A stretch of DNA of 64,000 nucleotides, from contig CAVGAA010000002.1 in the NCBI GenBank assembly GCA_963627065.1, forward strand, positions 45,346 through 109,345, read 5' to 3'. The number at the start of each line of letters is the position of its first letter. Position 1 is the first letter of the stretch. The stretch is from a bacterium. GTDB taxonomy: Bacteria > Bacillota > Clostridia > Oscillospirales > CAG-272. Positions 18,684 to 26,799 of this stretch are shown here, piece by piece. The notes beneath the pieces are model-generated. The model saw only the letters and a program-made list of their open reading frames with translations, made no database searches and was not told where the DNA came from. The position numbers were made by a program, and so were the translations under genes.

Positions 18684-19914
18684 TCTTATTTACCTCGCCG
18701 TCCGGATTGAGAAGCAGTTCCATGAGGTGATAACCGTAGGGAAGATAGAAATTCTTTGCGGTTGCGGTTTCCTCCGAGAAGGTGTCAACGCCGTTCCGCT
18801 TTTTGTCGGAAGACCAGATGAAGAACGGGACAGGGAGAATGGTATGCGTCCGCAGACGGACGGGAGTCGGGTGATCCGGCAGAACCATGACGCGGAAATC
18901 TTCACCGGTGGATTTGAGATAATCGAAAACGGGACGGAGAATCTCCGCATCGATTTTTTCGACAGACAGCACCTTGTTTGCGGTTTCGGCTCTGTGACCG
19001 CATTCGTCCGGAGCTTCCACATGGACATAAACGTAATCGTAACCGTCACGGAACGCACCGATGGCGGCATCGGCTTTTCCACGGTAATTGGTATGCACAT
19101 TTCCGGTTGCACCCTCTACGTCAATCGACTTCATACCGGCACAAAGACCGATTCCTTTGATGAGGTCGACGGCGGAAATGACAGCCCCCTTCAAGCCCCA
19201 ATGTTCGGAGAAATTCGGCAGTTGCGGTTTCTTCCCGGGACTCCACAGCCATGCGGAGTTGGCAGGCTTCAAGCCTCTTTTACGCCGTTCTTCGTTGACG
19301 GGATGATGATTGAGGATATCGAAACTTTCCCGCATCAGATCGTAGAATTCCCCACCGCCGTTTTCCCGTTTCGGCAGATATTCGCCAATCCGCTTGCCTA
19401 AAATATCGTGCGGACGCATAAAGGGGTAGGTATCGTTGCCGTTCTTCCAGACGAGGCAGTGGCGGTAACTGACACCGGTATAGAATTTTCTGACATCGTT
19501 GCCGAGCTTGTCCTGCAAAGCCTTGATGAGTTCGTCTGCCTCGGGCGTTGTGATTTCGTCGGCACTGTGGTCGATGATAATTTTGTCGTCATAATCTTCG
19601 CCGTTGTCAGAGAGCGTGACGACATTGCAACGGTAAGCCGTTTCATCCGGTTGCATTTCAATCCCCATACTGACCGCTTCGAGAGGGGAACGCCCTTTCG
19701 AGTAAATGCGAGGGTTGAAAGAGAGAATTGCCATATTTGCGGTGTCACTCTCGGGGACCATACCGGCAGGTACGTTTGAAACCGTACCGACAAGGGCATC
19801 GTGTGCCAATTCGTCCATTGTCGGCTTTTTTGCCGCTTCCATAGGCGTTTTATTTCCGAGTTCGGCGATTTTTTCGTCCGCCATACCGTCCGGAATCAAT
19901 ACAAAATATTTCAT
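18676..19914 (-). CDS. cofactor-independent phosphoglycerate mutase-like protein (ApgM family; the 'proposed homoserine kinase' subgroup)
   Basis: MKYFVLIPDGMAD is the metalloenzyme-superfamily N-terminus, and VEAPDECGH is also present. The gene heads the operon that ends in thrC. Confidence 0.78.
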   Translation of the reverse strand: MKYFVLIPDGMADEKIAELGNKTPMEAAKKPTMDELAHDALVGTVSNVPAGMVPESDTANMAILSFNPRIYSKGRSPLEAVSMGIEMQPDETAYRCNVVTLSDNGEDYDDKIIIDHSADEITTPEADELIKALQDKLGNDVRKFYTGVSYRHCLVWKNGNDTYPFMRPHDILGKRIGEYLPKRENGGGEFYDLMRESFDILNHHPVNEERRKRGLKPANSAWLWSPGKKPQLPNFSEHWGLKGAVISAVDLIKGIGLCAGMKSIDVEGATGNVHTNYRGKADAAIGAFRDGYDYVYVHVEAPDECGHRAETANKVLSVEKIDAEILRPVFDYLKSTGEDFRVMVLPDHPTPVRLRTHTILPVPFFIWSSDKKRNGVDTFSEETATAKNFYLPYGYHLMELLLNPDGEVNKNE

Positions 19915-20035
19915 GATTTATGACCTCCGTCAAAAAAGGAAGAATTATCACAGTATATTATACCACAGTCAAATGATTATTTTAAGAATAAATTCCGCTG
20001 AAATGTTAAATTTTTTATGAATATATAGAAATTGA

Positions 20036-20064
20036 TTGACACAAATCGCAAAAAAGAGTATAAT
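20036..20064 (+). promoter_or_regulatory. promoter of the 20099 membrane-protein gene
   Basis: TTGACA, 17 nt, TATAAT. This is an exact consensus. Confidence 0.55.
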
Positions 20065-20098
20065 AGGTAGTGATGAAATCTTTCGGGAGGATGTGAAA

Positions 20099-20683
20099 AT
20101 GAAAAACAGGCGTTTGCGTACGGCACTGCTCATCGCCGGAATTTTTGTCGGCATTGCGGTTCTCGCCCTTGTCTTGCTGAATGTCCTTTTGCCGAAAGAG
20201 GAGAACCAAAACGAACAAAACACGGCAAAAACAATCAAATTCTATTCGGTTTATGACGGAGACGTGCGGGAAAACGAAATTTATCTGGAGTTGGACCGCC
20301 AATTCTACCTTTGTGACGATCATTACGGCACGAAAGAGGCGATTGACGAAAATCAGTTCGCGGGCGATGCAAAGCTGGCACTTATCAGGGACTATATCAA
20401 CAGCCTCATTGACGGCTACCCCGATGCCTGCCGATCGCTTATGACCGAAAAAGCCTTGGCGGAAACACCGATACCGGACTTTGCTCAACAGATGATTTAC
20501 CGTATCGAGATTACCGAAACCGAGTCGGGCGGAAACAAAACCGTCTATTGCCTTGAATATCTCATTTACCGAAATAACGGAACTTACAGAACCGACGTCG
20601 GCAGTAACGCATCTAAGCCGGAGTATCTCACGGTGACCGAAATTTCGGACGGTGAATATCGCATTGACGGAATTCGGCGGTAA
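20099..20683 (+). CDS. hypothetical membrane-anchored protein
   Basis: The ATG follows GGGAGG. The N-terminus MKNRRLRTALLIAGIFVGIAVLALVLL is a signal anchor. A consensus promoter lies at 20036-20064. I recognised no family. Confidence 0.55.
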   Translation: MKNRRLRTALLIAGIFVGIAVLALVLLNVLLPKEENQNEQNTAKTIKFYSVYDGDVRENEIYLELDRQFYLCDDHYGTKEAIDENQFAGDAKLALIRDYINSLIDGYPDACRSLMTEKALAETPIPDFAQQMIYRIEITETESGGNKTVYCLEYLIYRNNGTYRTDVGSNASKPEYLTVTEISDGEYRIDGIRR

Positions 20684-20708
20684 AATCGGTAAAAATGATA
20701 AAAAGGGC

Positions 20709-20737
20709 TTGACAAACCGCAGATTGTAGTATATAAT
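20709..20737 (+). promoter_or_regulatory. promoter of the DUF1292 gene
   Basis: TTGACA, 17 nt, TATAAT. This is an exact consensus. Confidence 0.55.
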
Positions 20738-20765
20738 AATGATATACCAAATGATGAGGTGTGAA

Positions 20766-21110
20766 ATGGAAAAAATGAACGATCAGAATCAACTCGTTGA
20801 CGAGAACGGCGACGAGCGTGAATTTTTTACGCTGACCGATGAGGAAGGCAAAGAAATCGAATTTGAACTCATTGACACGGTCGACTATCAAGGCACAACC
20901 TATTACGCCATGATTCCGGCAGACGATGAGAACAAAGCGAAAGAAAACGACGGTTTTCAGGAATATGTCATTCTCAAAAAGGAGAAGGACGAGAACGGCG
21001 AAGATATGCTCGTAACGCTCGATGACGATGATGAATTCGACAACGTGGCAGACATTTTCGACGACAGATTTTCGGAAGAAATCGACTACGACGGCAACGA
21101 AAAGAATTAA
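20766..21110 (+). CDS. DUF1292-domain protein
   Basis: An acidic small protein: FTLTDEEGKEIEFELIDTVDYQGTTYYAM...VILKKE. The ATG follows GAGGTG. A consensus promoter lies at 20709-20737. Confidence 0.72.
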   Translation: MEKMNDQNQLVDENGDEREFFTLTDEEGKEIEFELIDTVDYQGTTYYAMIPADDENKAKENDGFQEYVILKKEKDENGEDMLVTLDDDDEFDNVADIFDDRFSEEIDYDGNEKN

Positions 21111-21403
21111 AGGCAGTACCGAGTAAGAAAGTATTTTTCCTGCTTAGTGCGTGATAACCGGTGACAAAAACCCACAATAAATTAAAGGAGTCTGACCGCA
21201 CGACGGTTTGCAGACCTCCTCACGAACATGATTCCGATTGACTTGTCTCGGCTGTGCGTGGGACGTTGGGAGCAGTAAAGTTGTGTGGACGAGGACACCG
21301 CCCTGACAAAACAGGGTTTTCATTTCCCGATTACACGGCTCGGCGGGTTTCTTGAAATTCCCCCAAAAAGAAAACGGGTAAGCAAAAAGAGAATAAACAA
21401 AAA

Positions 21404-21439
21404 GGCTCACGGAAAACTTCTCGCCGTGAGTCTTTTTTT
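21404..21439 (+). terminator. intrinsic terminator closing the ORF-free segment after the DUF1292 gene
   Basis: GGCTCACGG, an 11-nt loop, CCGTGAGTC, then TTTTTTT. Confidence 0.7.
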
Positions 21440-21549
21440 GCAAAGACAACTTGTAAAATGAAGTTGCAGTAGTAAAAAGATATCTTTTTTATGATCAGTC
21501 CCCAAAGTCAAACGCTTTTGTGGTGCAAAAATTTTTATGGCGAAAAATC

Positions 21550-21578
21550 TTGCATTTTTTCGGAATGTGTGCTATACT
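21550..21578 (+). promoter_or_regulatory. promoter of the sensor kinase gene
   Basis: TTGCAT, 17 nt, TATACT. It ends 35 nt upstream of the ATG. Confidence 0.5.
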
Positions 21579-21613
21579 GTATGCGGTGGATTCTCGGAGA
21601 GGTGGAAAAGTGA

Positions 21614-23335
21614 ATGAGAGCGGAAAACAACAGGACCGGCAAAAAAGGAAAATTTCTGTTCGGCGAATTTTTTTACACACTGTGTATCTTTTTTGTAATG
21701 CTGATTGTGATATTGGCGGTCTTTTCCGTTGTCGCATACAAGGCAAAACTGACCTCCGCACAGAACAGCGTCGACAGTGTGTCCGAATATCTTGTGGCAT
21801 CCTATTCGAGACATATCGATGAGATAAACAATGCCTCGAAACAGACTTTTATTGCAGAGGATCTGTTCGTCAGGCAGGATGAATACCGTGACGGTGGGAG
21901 CAACGACGCCATGTATACTTACATCAACGAGAAGTTCGGTATGCACAACTCCTCGATGATTGTCGGTATGGGGTACATTCCGTGTGAAAACGGCGTATAT
22001 GCCAACAGAGATCTTGTATACAGCGGTGCAAAATCGGTTGCGTTCAGTTACATCGACAGTGCCTCAAAAGCATTGATTGATACAATTGTCGAAAAATGTT
22101 CGGTGCAATCCGGTGACAGCGGAAAAATGGTTTTGATCTATTACGAAAAGTGGGATATGCATATCTTTGCCCGTGTTGTGCGGGACATCCGTTTCGATAC
22201 CTTTGACAATCTTTGCGGTATCGGGTTTGTGGAGGTCAACTCGGCTGTCTTCCGTCAATTGCGAAAATTCGGCAATGTGCTTGACGGGTTCGACTCTTAT
22301 GTGATTTTTAACCGAGAACCGCTTTTGGACGAAGAATTGCCGACCGAAAAACTGACGGACGACGGTTATTACATCTATCACAACGGTTTTTCGCAATATT
22401 GCGACTATTACGGTATTTACGATAAAAGTGCGATCTGGCGGGAACTTCTGCCCGACGGCATTGCGGTTATTATAACGTTTGTCGTCGTAATGGTGCTATT
22501 TATCTGCTTTTACAAACGGAATCACGACAAATATACAAGGGCGTTTGTGTATCTGATTGACGAGTTTCGAAAGATTGGCGACAAAACTCTGCTCACCCCG
22601 ATTGCCCCGACCGAAAATGACGAAAACGTCAACCGTGTCATCGAAACATACAACCGGATGGTAGCGAATGTTGTGGCGGAGAGGGAGAAGAACGAACAAC
22701 TTTCGGAGGAAAAACGGCAGGGCGAATTACAGAGCCTTTACCAGCAGATCAACAAACATTTCGTAATTAACGTCCTGAGTGTTGCACACTCACTGATTCA
22801 GTTGGGACATCTCGACAAGGCGAACGAATGCGTCGAAAACCTTGCGGATTTTCTTCGCTACTCGCTTTCAATCAATGTAACCGAAGCACCGCTCGGAGAG
22901 GAAATCGACTCGGTACTTTCCTATGTCAATCTGCAAAAACTGCGGTTTCCGAACGTCAGTTTTGACTACCGCATCGACGGCGATACGGAGGGGATTATCC
23001 TGCCGAAATCGGTCATTCAACCGCTGATTGAAAATGCCTATGTGCATGGCATCAAAAATAAAAACGGGTGCATTTTCATGGAGATCAATCGCTCCGACAG
23101 CGGACTGAAAATCACGGTTATCAACACTGTACCGGACGGGAGCGGAGAAGACTTCGATGAGGTCAACAGACGCATCTCCGACAACCGCACACCTAATGAA
23201 CATTTTACCGCAAGCGGTCACGGAATCGCCCTGCGGAACATCCGTCGCCGACTGGAAATGAAATTCCGTTCTGCCGAAGTTTATCTTGTTTCAAAAGACG
23301 GAAAGACTTTTGCAACGATCGAAATCGCTCTTTAA
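21614..23335 (+). CDS. sensor histidine kinase (YesM/LytS-type His_kinase plus HATPase)
   Basis: Two TM segments flank an extracytoplasmic domain of about 270 aa. H-box QINKHFVINVLS and N/G boxes (IENAYVHG, GHGIALRNI) are present. The RBS is GGAGAGGTGG. Confidence 0.85.
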   Translation: MRAENNRTGKKGKFLFGEFFYTLCIFFVMLIVILAVFSVVAYKAKLTSAQNSVDSVSEYLVASYSRHIDEINNASKQTFIAEDLFVRQDEYRDGGSNDAMYTYINEKFGMHNSSMIVGMGYIPCENGVYANRDLVYSGAKSVAFSYIDSASKALIDTIVEKCSVQSGDSGKMVLIYYEKWDMHIFARVVRDIRFDTFDNLCGIGFVEVNSAVFRQLRKFGNVLDGFDSYVIFNREPLLDEELPTEKLTDDGYYIYHNGFSQYCDYYGIYDKSAIWRELLPDGIAVIITFVVVMVLFICFYKRNHDKYTRAFVYLIDEFRKIGDKTLLTPIAPTENDENVNRVIETYNRMVANVVAEREKNEQLSEEKRQGELQSLYQQINKHFVINVLSVAHSLIQLGHLDKANECVENLADFLRYSLSINVTEAPLGEEIDSVLSYVNLQKLRFPNVSFDYRIDGDTEGIILPKSVIQPLIENAYVHGIKNKNGCIFMEINRSDSGLKITVINTVPDGSGEDFDEVNRRISDNRTPNEHFTASGHGIALRNIRRRLEMKFRSAEVYLVSKDGKTFATIEIAL

Positions 23336-23400
23336 GCCCTTTGCTTTTGTGGATTTTTTGGTTTTTAATGGAATAAATTTTCTTGTTGGGGAATGTGCTA

Positions 23401-23429
23401 TTGACAAAAAAAGTGTCCTATGATATAAT
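23401..23429 (+). promoter_or_regulatory. promoter of the ABC permease genes
   Basis: TTGACA, 17 nt, TATAAT. This is an exact consensus, between the kinase stop and the permease start. Confidence 0.55.
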
Positions 23430-23483
23430 TTTATGTGAATGAAGCGACACGGCGATGTCTGTGCCGGAAACGGACGGTATGTT

Positions 23484-24476
23484 ATGTTAAGCAGAGAAGC
23501 AAGAAAAGAACTGAAATTAAAAAAGCAGGCGACACGGGAGTATATCGAAGCACTCAACCCGAGATCGACAAAGGATAAAGTCAGAGAATTTTTCCGCACG
23601 GTCTACAAGAACAGATTTTTCTATATTATTCTTCTGCCGGCAATTGTGCTTCTCATCATTTTTGCGTACAGACCGATGTACGGCATTGTGATTGCCTTTA
23701 AGGACTTTCAGCCGAGAAAAGGCATTATGGGATCGGATTGGGTAGGCTTTTCGGTGTTCGAAAAACTCTTTCAGTTGGACCTTTTCGGCAAGGCACTCCG
23801 CAATACCGTCATTATCAACCTGCTCAAACTTGTCATCGGTTTTCCAACCTCCATTATTCTCGCCATCATGATCAACGCCCTGCACAACAAGATTTTCAAA
23901 AACACCGTGCAGACCATTGTGTATCTCCCGCATTTCGTTTCGTGGGTTGTTGTGGCGGGCATCATCTTTTCGCTTTTTGACGACCGCAACGGCGTTCTCT
24001 ATCATTTTTTCTCACTGTTCGGCGAAGTCAATGTGTTCAGCAACGGACCGCAGTTTATTGCACTTTTGATTGTCAGTGACATCTGGAAAGAAGTCGGCTG
24101 GGGAGCAATCATCTATCTGGCGGCACTGTCGGGTGTTTCGGCAGATCTTTACGAGGCATCCTCGCTTGACGGTGCGAATTCGGTTCAACAGTTGTTCCAT
24201 GTAACCTTACCGCAGATTCTGCCGACCGTTTCCATTATGTTGATTCTGCGTGTCGGAGGACTCATTGGCGGAGGATTCGATCAGATTTACAACCTCTATA
24301 ATACGACCGTTTACGAATGGGCGGATGTGCTTGACACCTTTATTTACCGCTACGGTATCGGTGACGGGCAGTTTGAAATCGGAACGGCTGTCGGTCTGTT
24401 TACCAACGTTATCAACATCGTTCTCCTGCTTGCGGCAAATAAAGTGGTGGAACTCATCAACAAGGTGGAGGAGTAA
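23484..24476 (+). CDS. carbohydrate ABC transporter permease (LplB-like)
   Basis: FYIILLPAIVLLIIFAYRPMYGIVIAFKDF plus an EAA-type loop EASSLDGANSVQQLFHVTLP. The start is uncertain (23484 preferred, 23439 possible). Confidence 0.82.
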   Translation: MLSREARKELKLKKQATREYIEALNPRSTKDKVREFFRTVYKNRFFYIILLPAIVLLIIFAYRPMYGIVIAFKDFQPRKGIMGSDWVGFSVFEKLFQLDLFGKALRNTVIINLLKLVIGFPTSIILAIMINALHNKIFKNTVQTIVYLPHFVSWVVVAGIIFSLFDDRNGVLYHFFSLFGEVNVFSNGPQFIALLIVSDIWKEVGWGAIIYLAALSGVSADLYEASSLDGANSVQQLFHVTLPQILPTVSIMLILRVGGLIGGGFDQIYNLYNTTVYEWADVLDTFIYRYGIGDGQFEIGTAVGLFTNVINIVLLLAANKVVELINKVEE

Positions 24477-24481
24477 CGAAA

Positions 24482-25390
24482 ATGCAATACGTATCGGATT
24501 ATTCGAAAATCAAAAAGAGAAAATTTTCGATCAATAAAGTTCTGTATGTCGTCAACATCGTGGTTTTGATCTTTATTTCCTTCACGATGCTCTATCCGTT
24601 CTGGGAAATTCTCGTCAAATCCGTTATGAGCGACCGTGACATCGTCAGCTCGACCTCTTTCTTCTGGCCGAAGAGTTTCCAACTCGAAGGTTATAAAATT
24701 ATCTTTACCGATAAAACTTACGATTTCGGCAGAGCATTTCTCAACTCCGTGTTTGTCACGCTTGTCGATACGGTTTACCAGTTGACCATTACAACGCTTG
24801 CGGCATACGCACTCAGCAAGCAGGACTTGGCAGGACGCAAAATTTTCAATTTCTTCTTCATTTTCACCATGTATTTCGGTGGCGGTCTTATTCCTTACTA
24901 TCTCGTCATCAAAGACTTGGGATTGCTCAATAATATCTGGGTATTGATTATTCCGCAGTTTATCAGCGTTTACAATGTCCTTGTCATGCGTAGTTTCTTT
25001 AAGAGTTTTCCGCACGAATTGGTCGAGGCGGCTAAAATCGACGGTGCGAGCGATCTCAAAGTGTTCGTAAAAATGGTTCTTCCGCTGTCGAAAGCCATTC
25101 TGGCAACCATTGCACTGTTTATTGCGGTCGGCGTTTGGAACAACTGGTTTACGTCCATGCTCTATCTGCAACGCACTCCCGAATATCGCCCTATGGCGTA
25201 TGCCCTGAAAGTAATCATCGACAAGGCATCCATGAACAAAGTTTCCACCGGAAGCGGACAATTTGAAATGATAGGGGAGTCGGTGCAGTATGCCGCCATT
25301 ATCGTTTCGACCGTGCCGATTTTAATTGTCTATCCGTTCCTGCAAAAACATTTCACAAAGGGCGTAATGATAGGTTCTATCAAAGGCTGA
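24482..25390 (+). CDS. carbohydrate ABC transporter permease (LplC-like)
   Basis: EAA loop EAAKIDGASDLKVFVKMVLP. The RBS GGAGGAG lies inside the end of the preceding gene. Confidence 0.88.
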   Translation: MQYVSDYSKIKKRKFSINKVLYVVNIVVLIFISFTMLYPFWEILVKSVMSDRDIVSSTSFFWPKSFQLEGYKIIFTDKTYDFGRAFLNSVFVTLVDTVYQLTITTLAAYALSKQDLAGRKIFNFFFIFTMYFGGGLIPYYLVIKDLGLLNNIWVLIIPQFISVYNVLVMRSFFKSFPHELVEAAKIDGASDLKVFVKMVLPLSKAILATIALFIAVGVWNNWFTSMLYLQRTPEYRPMAYALKVIIDKASMNKVSTGSGQFEMIGESVQYAAIIVSTVPILIVYPFLQKHFTKGVMIGSIKG

Positions 25391-25460
25391 TTTTATAGTT
25401 ATTTTCATTACCGGACGGTTGCGTCACGACCGTCCGGCAGTGCTGTATACAAGGGGTAAA

Positions 25461-26633
25461 ATGAAGGTACAGGTTTTAACTGAAAGTGAAAACTCGCTTA
25501 GCCGAGGCAAAAAGTTTTATGTCGGGTTGTTCGATTTTTTGTCGATGTTCCTGATTTGTGCTATTTTGTTTGTCGGTTTTCTTGCCGTTTTCCGCTCAAC
25601 CGATGCATACGTCGGTATGCAGGATGACATTGACACGTCGAAAAAGGTATTGGCGGATCTGTGCGTGGAAAGCGGACTGACGAAGTATATCACGGCGGAC
25701 GGCGGACAATCGCTCGCTTCTATGGAACGCATTGCGGTCGATTGTGTCAAAGGGCAGGTTCTGGCACGCTTTACGGCGGACGGTGATGAACGCAGTTCGG
25801 ACGGCATTTTTGACGGTATCACGCCTCTCACGGCAGAGAACGATCCCTGCCTGCAATATCTGAATGCATACAGAACGGCACATATTGCCGAATATGCAAA
25901 CGCCGATACAAGCCTCGATGCCGATTTTTGCCTTGAAACGATGCGGAACACCGATTGTTTCGGAACAGAGAAATATCCGATTTTAACGACGGAAAGTGCA
26001 TCTGCGATTTATACCTATCTCACGGACGAAACCGCATCGGACGAAATTTACGCAACCGTCAAGAACGCATATCTGACGGTCGTGAAAGAATGCATCAACG
26101 ATTTTATGGACGGCAACTCGGCTTATGCCGAAAAGCAGGAAAATTACGCCGACGCAAACGAAAAACTTTACCGTGTTTATCTTTACGGGCTTCTTGTGGC
26201 ATATCTGCTTGCGATGATAACCGTTTATTTGATTCTTCCGCTTGTTCTGAAAGAGGGCAGAACCGCATTTATGAAACTGTTCCGCCTGCGGAGCCTCAAT
26301 ACCTTTGACGGCGGAGACATCACAAACGGACAGACGGTGATTCGTTTTGTCTGCCAACTGTTCCTGAACCTTTTCGCTCCGCTTCTCGTTTTGCTCATCT
26401 CTCAGGATATTTCGACCTTCGCCGAAATCATTTTCGTAAAAATATTGCATTTCTTCAACTTTTTCACCGTCGGAACACTGGCACTGATTCTCACATTCTG
26501 TAATATGATTTTTACACTTTACAGCAGGCGAAAAAAACAGACGATTACGGAGTTTGTATCGGGTATGACTACGGTAGAAGACAAGCGGGTGAAGAATGTC
26601 AATCTCGGCGGTATCGACGTAGAATTGAAGTAA
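25461..26633 (+). CDS. polytopic membrane protein, RDD-family-like, with a large extracytoplasmic insertion
   Basis: TM1 is FYVGLFDFLSMFLICAILFVGFLAVF. A soluble stretch of about 190 aa follows, then 3-4 TM segments with KEGRTAFMKLFRLRSL, which resembles the RDD GxTxGxxxxGLR box. The family call is tentative. Confidence 0.5.
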   Translation: MKVQVLTESENSLSRGKKFYVGLFDFLSMFLICAILFVGFLAVFRSTDAYVGMQDDIDTSKKVLADLCVESGLTKYITADGGQSLASMERIAVDCVKGQVLARFTADGDERSSDGIFDGITPLTAENDPCLQYLNAYRTAHIAEYANADTSLDADFCLETMRNTDCFGTEKYPILTTESASAIYTYLTDETASDEIYATVKNAYLTVVKECINDFMDGNSAYAEKQENYADANEKLYRVYLYGLLVAYLLAMITVYLILPLVLKEGRTAFMKLFRLRSLNTFDGGDITNGQTVIRFVCQLFLNLFAPLLVLLISQDISTFAEIIFVKILHFFNFFTVGTLALILTFCNMIFTLYSRRKKQTITEFVSGMTTVEDKRVKNVNLGGIDVELK

Positions 26634-26799
26634 CAAGCGGTATAATTGACAATTGATTGACACAAAATCAACAAAAAATCGTCAAAAACCAAAAAAAGCA
26701 CAACAAGACAAAAAATATTTCCATTTTAATTTGCAACTGTTTGGTGTATAATATTCCTAAACTAAGCGTGCAAAGCCACGCTAATATTTGGAGGTATTT

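Noticed and set aside
21140-21440. Identity of the ORF-free segment as tmRNA, SRP RNA, RNase P RNA, 6S RNA, a T-box or a common riboswitch.
   Set aside because: - tmRNA: no GGGG...UUCGAC 5' end and no UCCACCA 3' end.
- SRP RNA: no GGAAGCAGC helix-8 motif.
- RNase P RNA: no GGAAAGUCCGG or ACAGAA boxes.
- T-box: no T-box sequence.
- Riboswitches: no B12, TPP, FMN or SAM cores.

I kept the segment only as an unidentified candidate.
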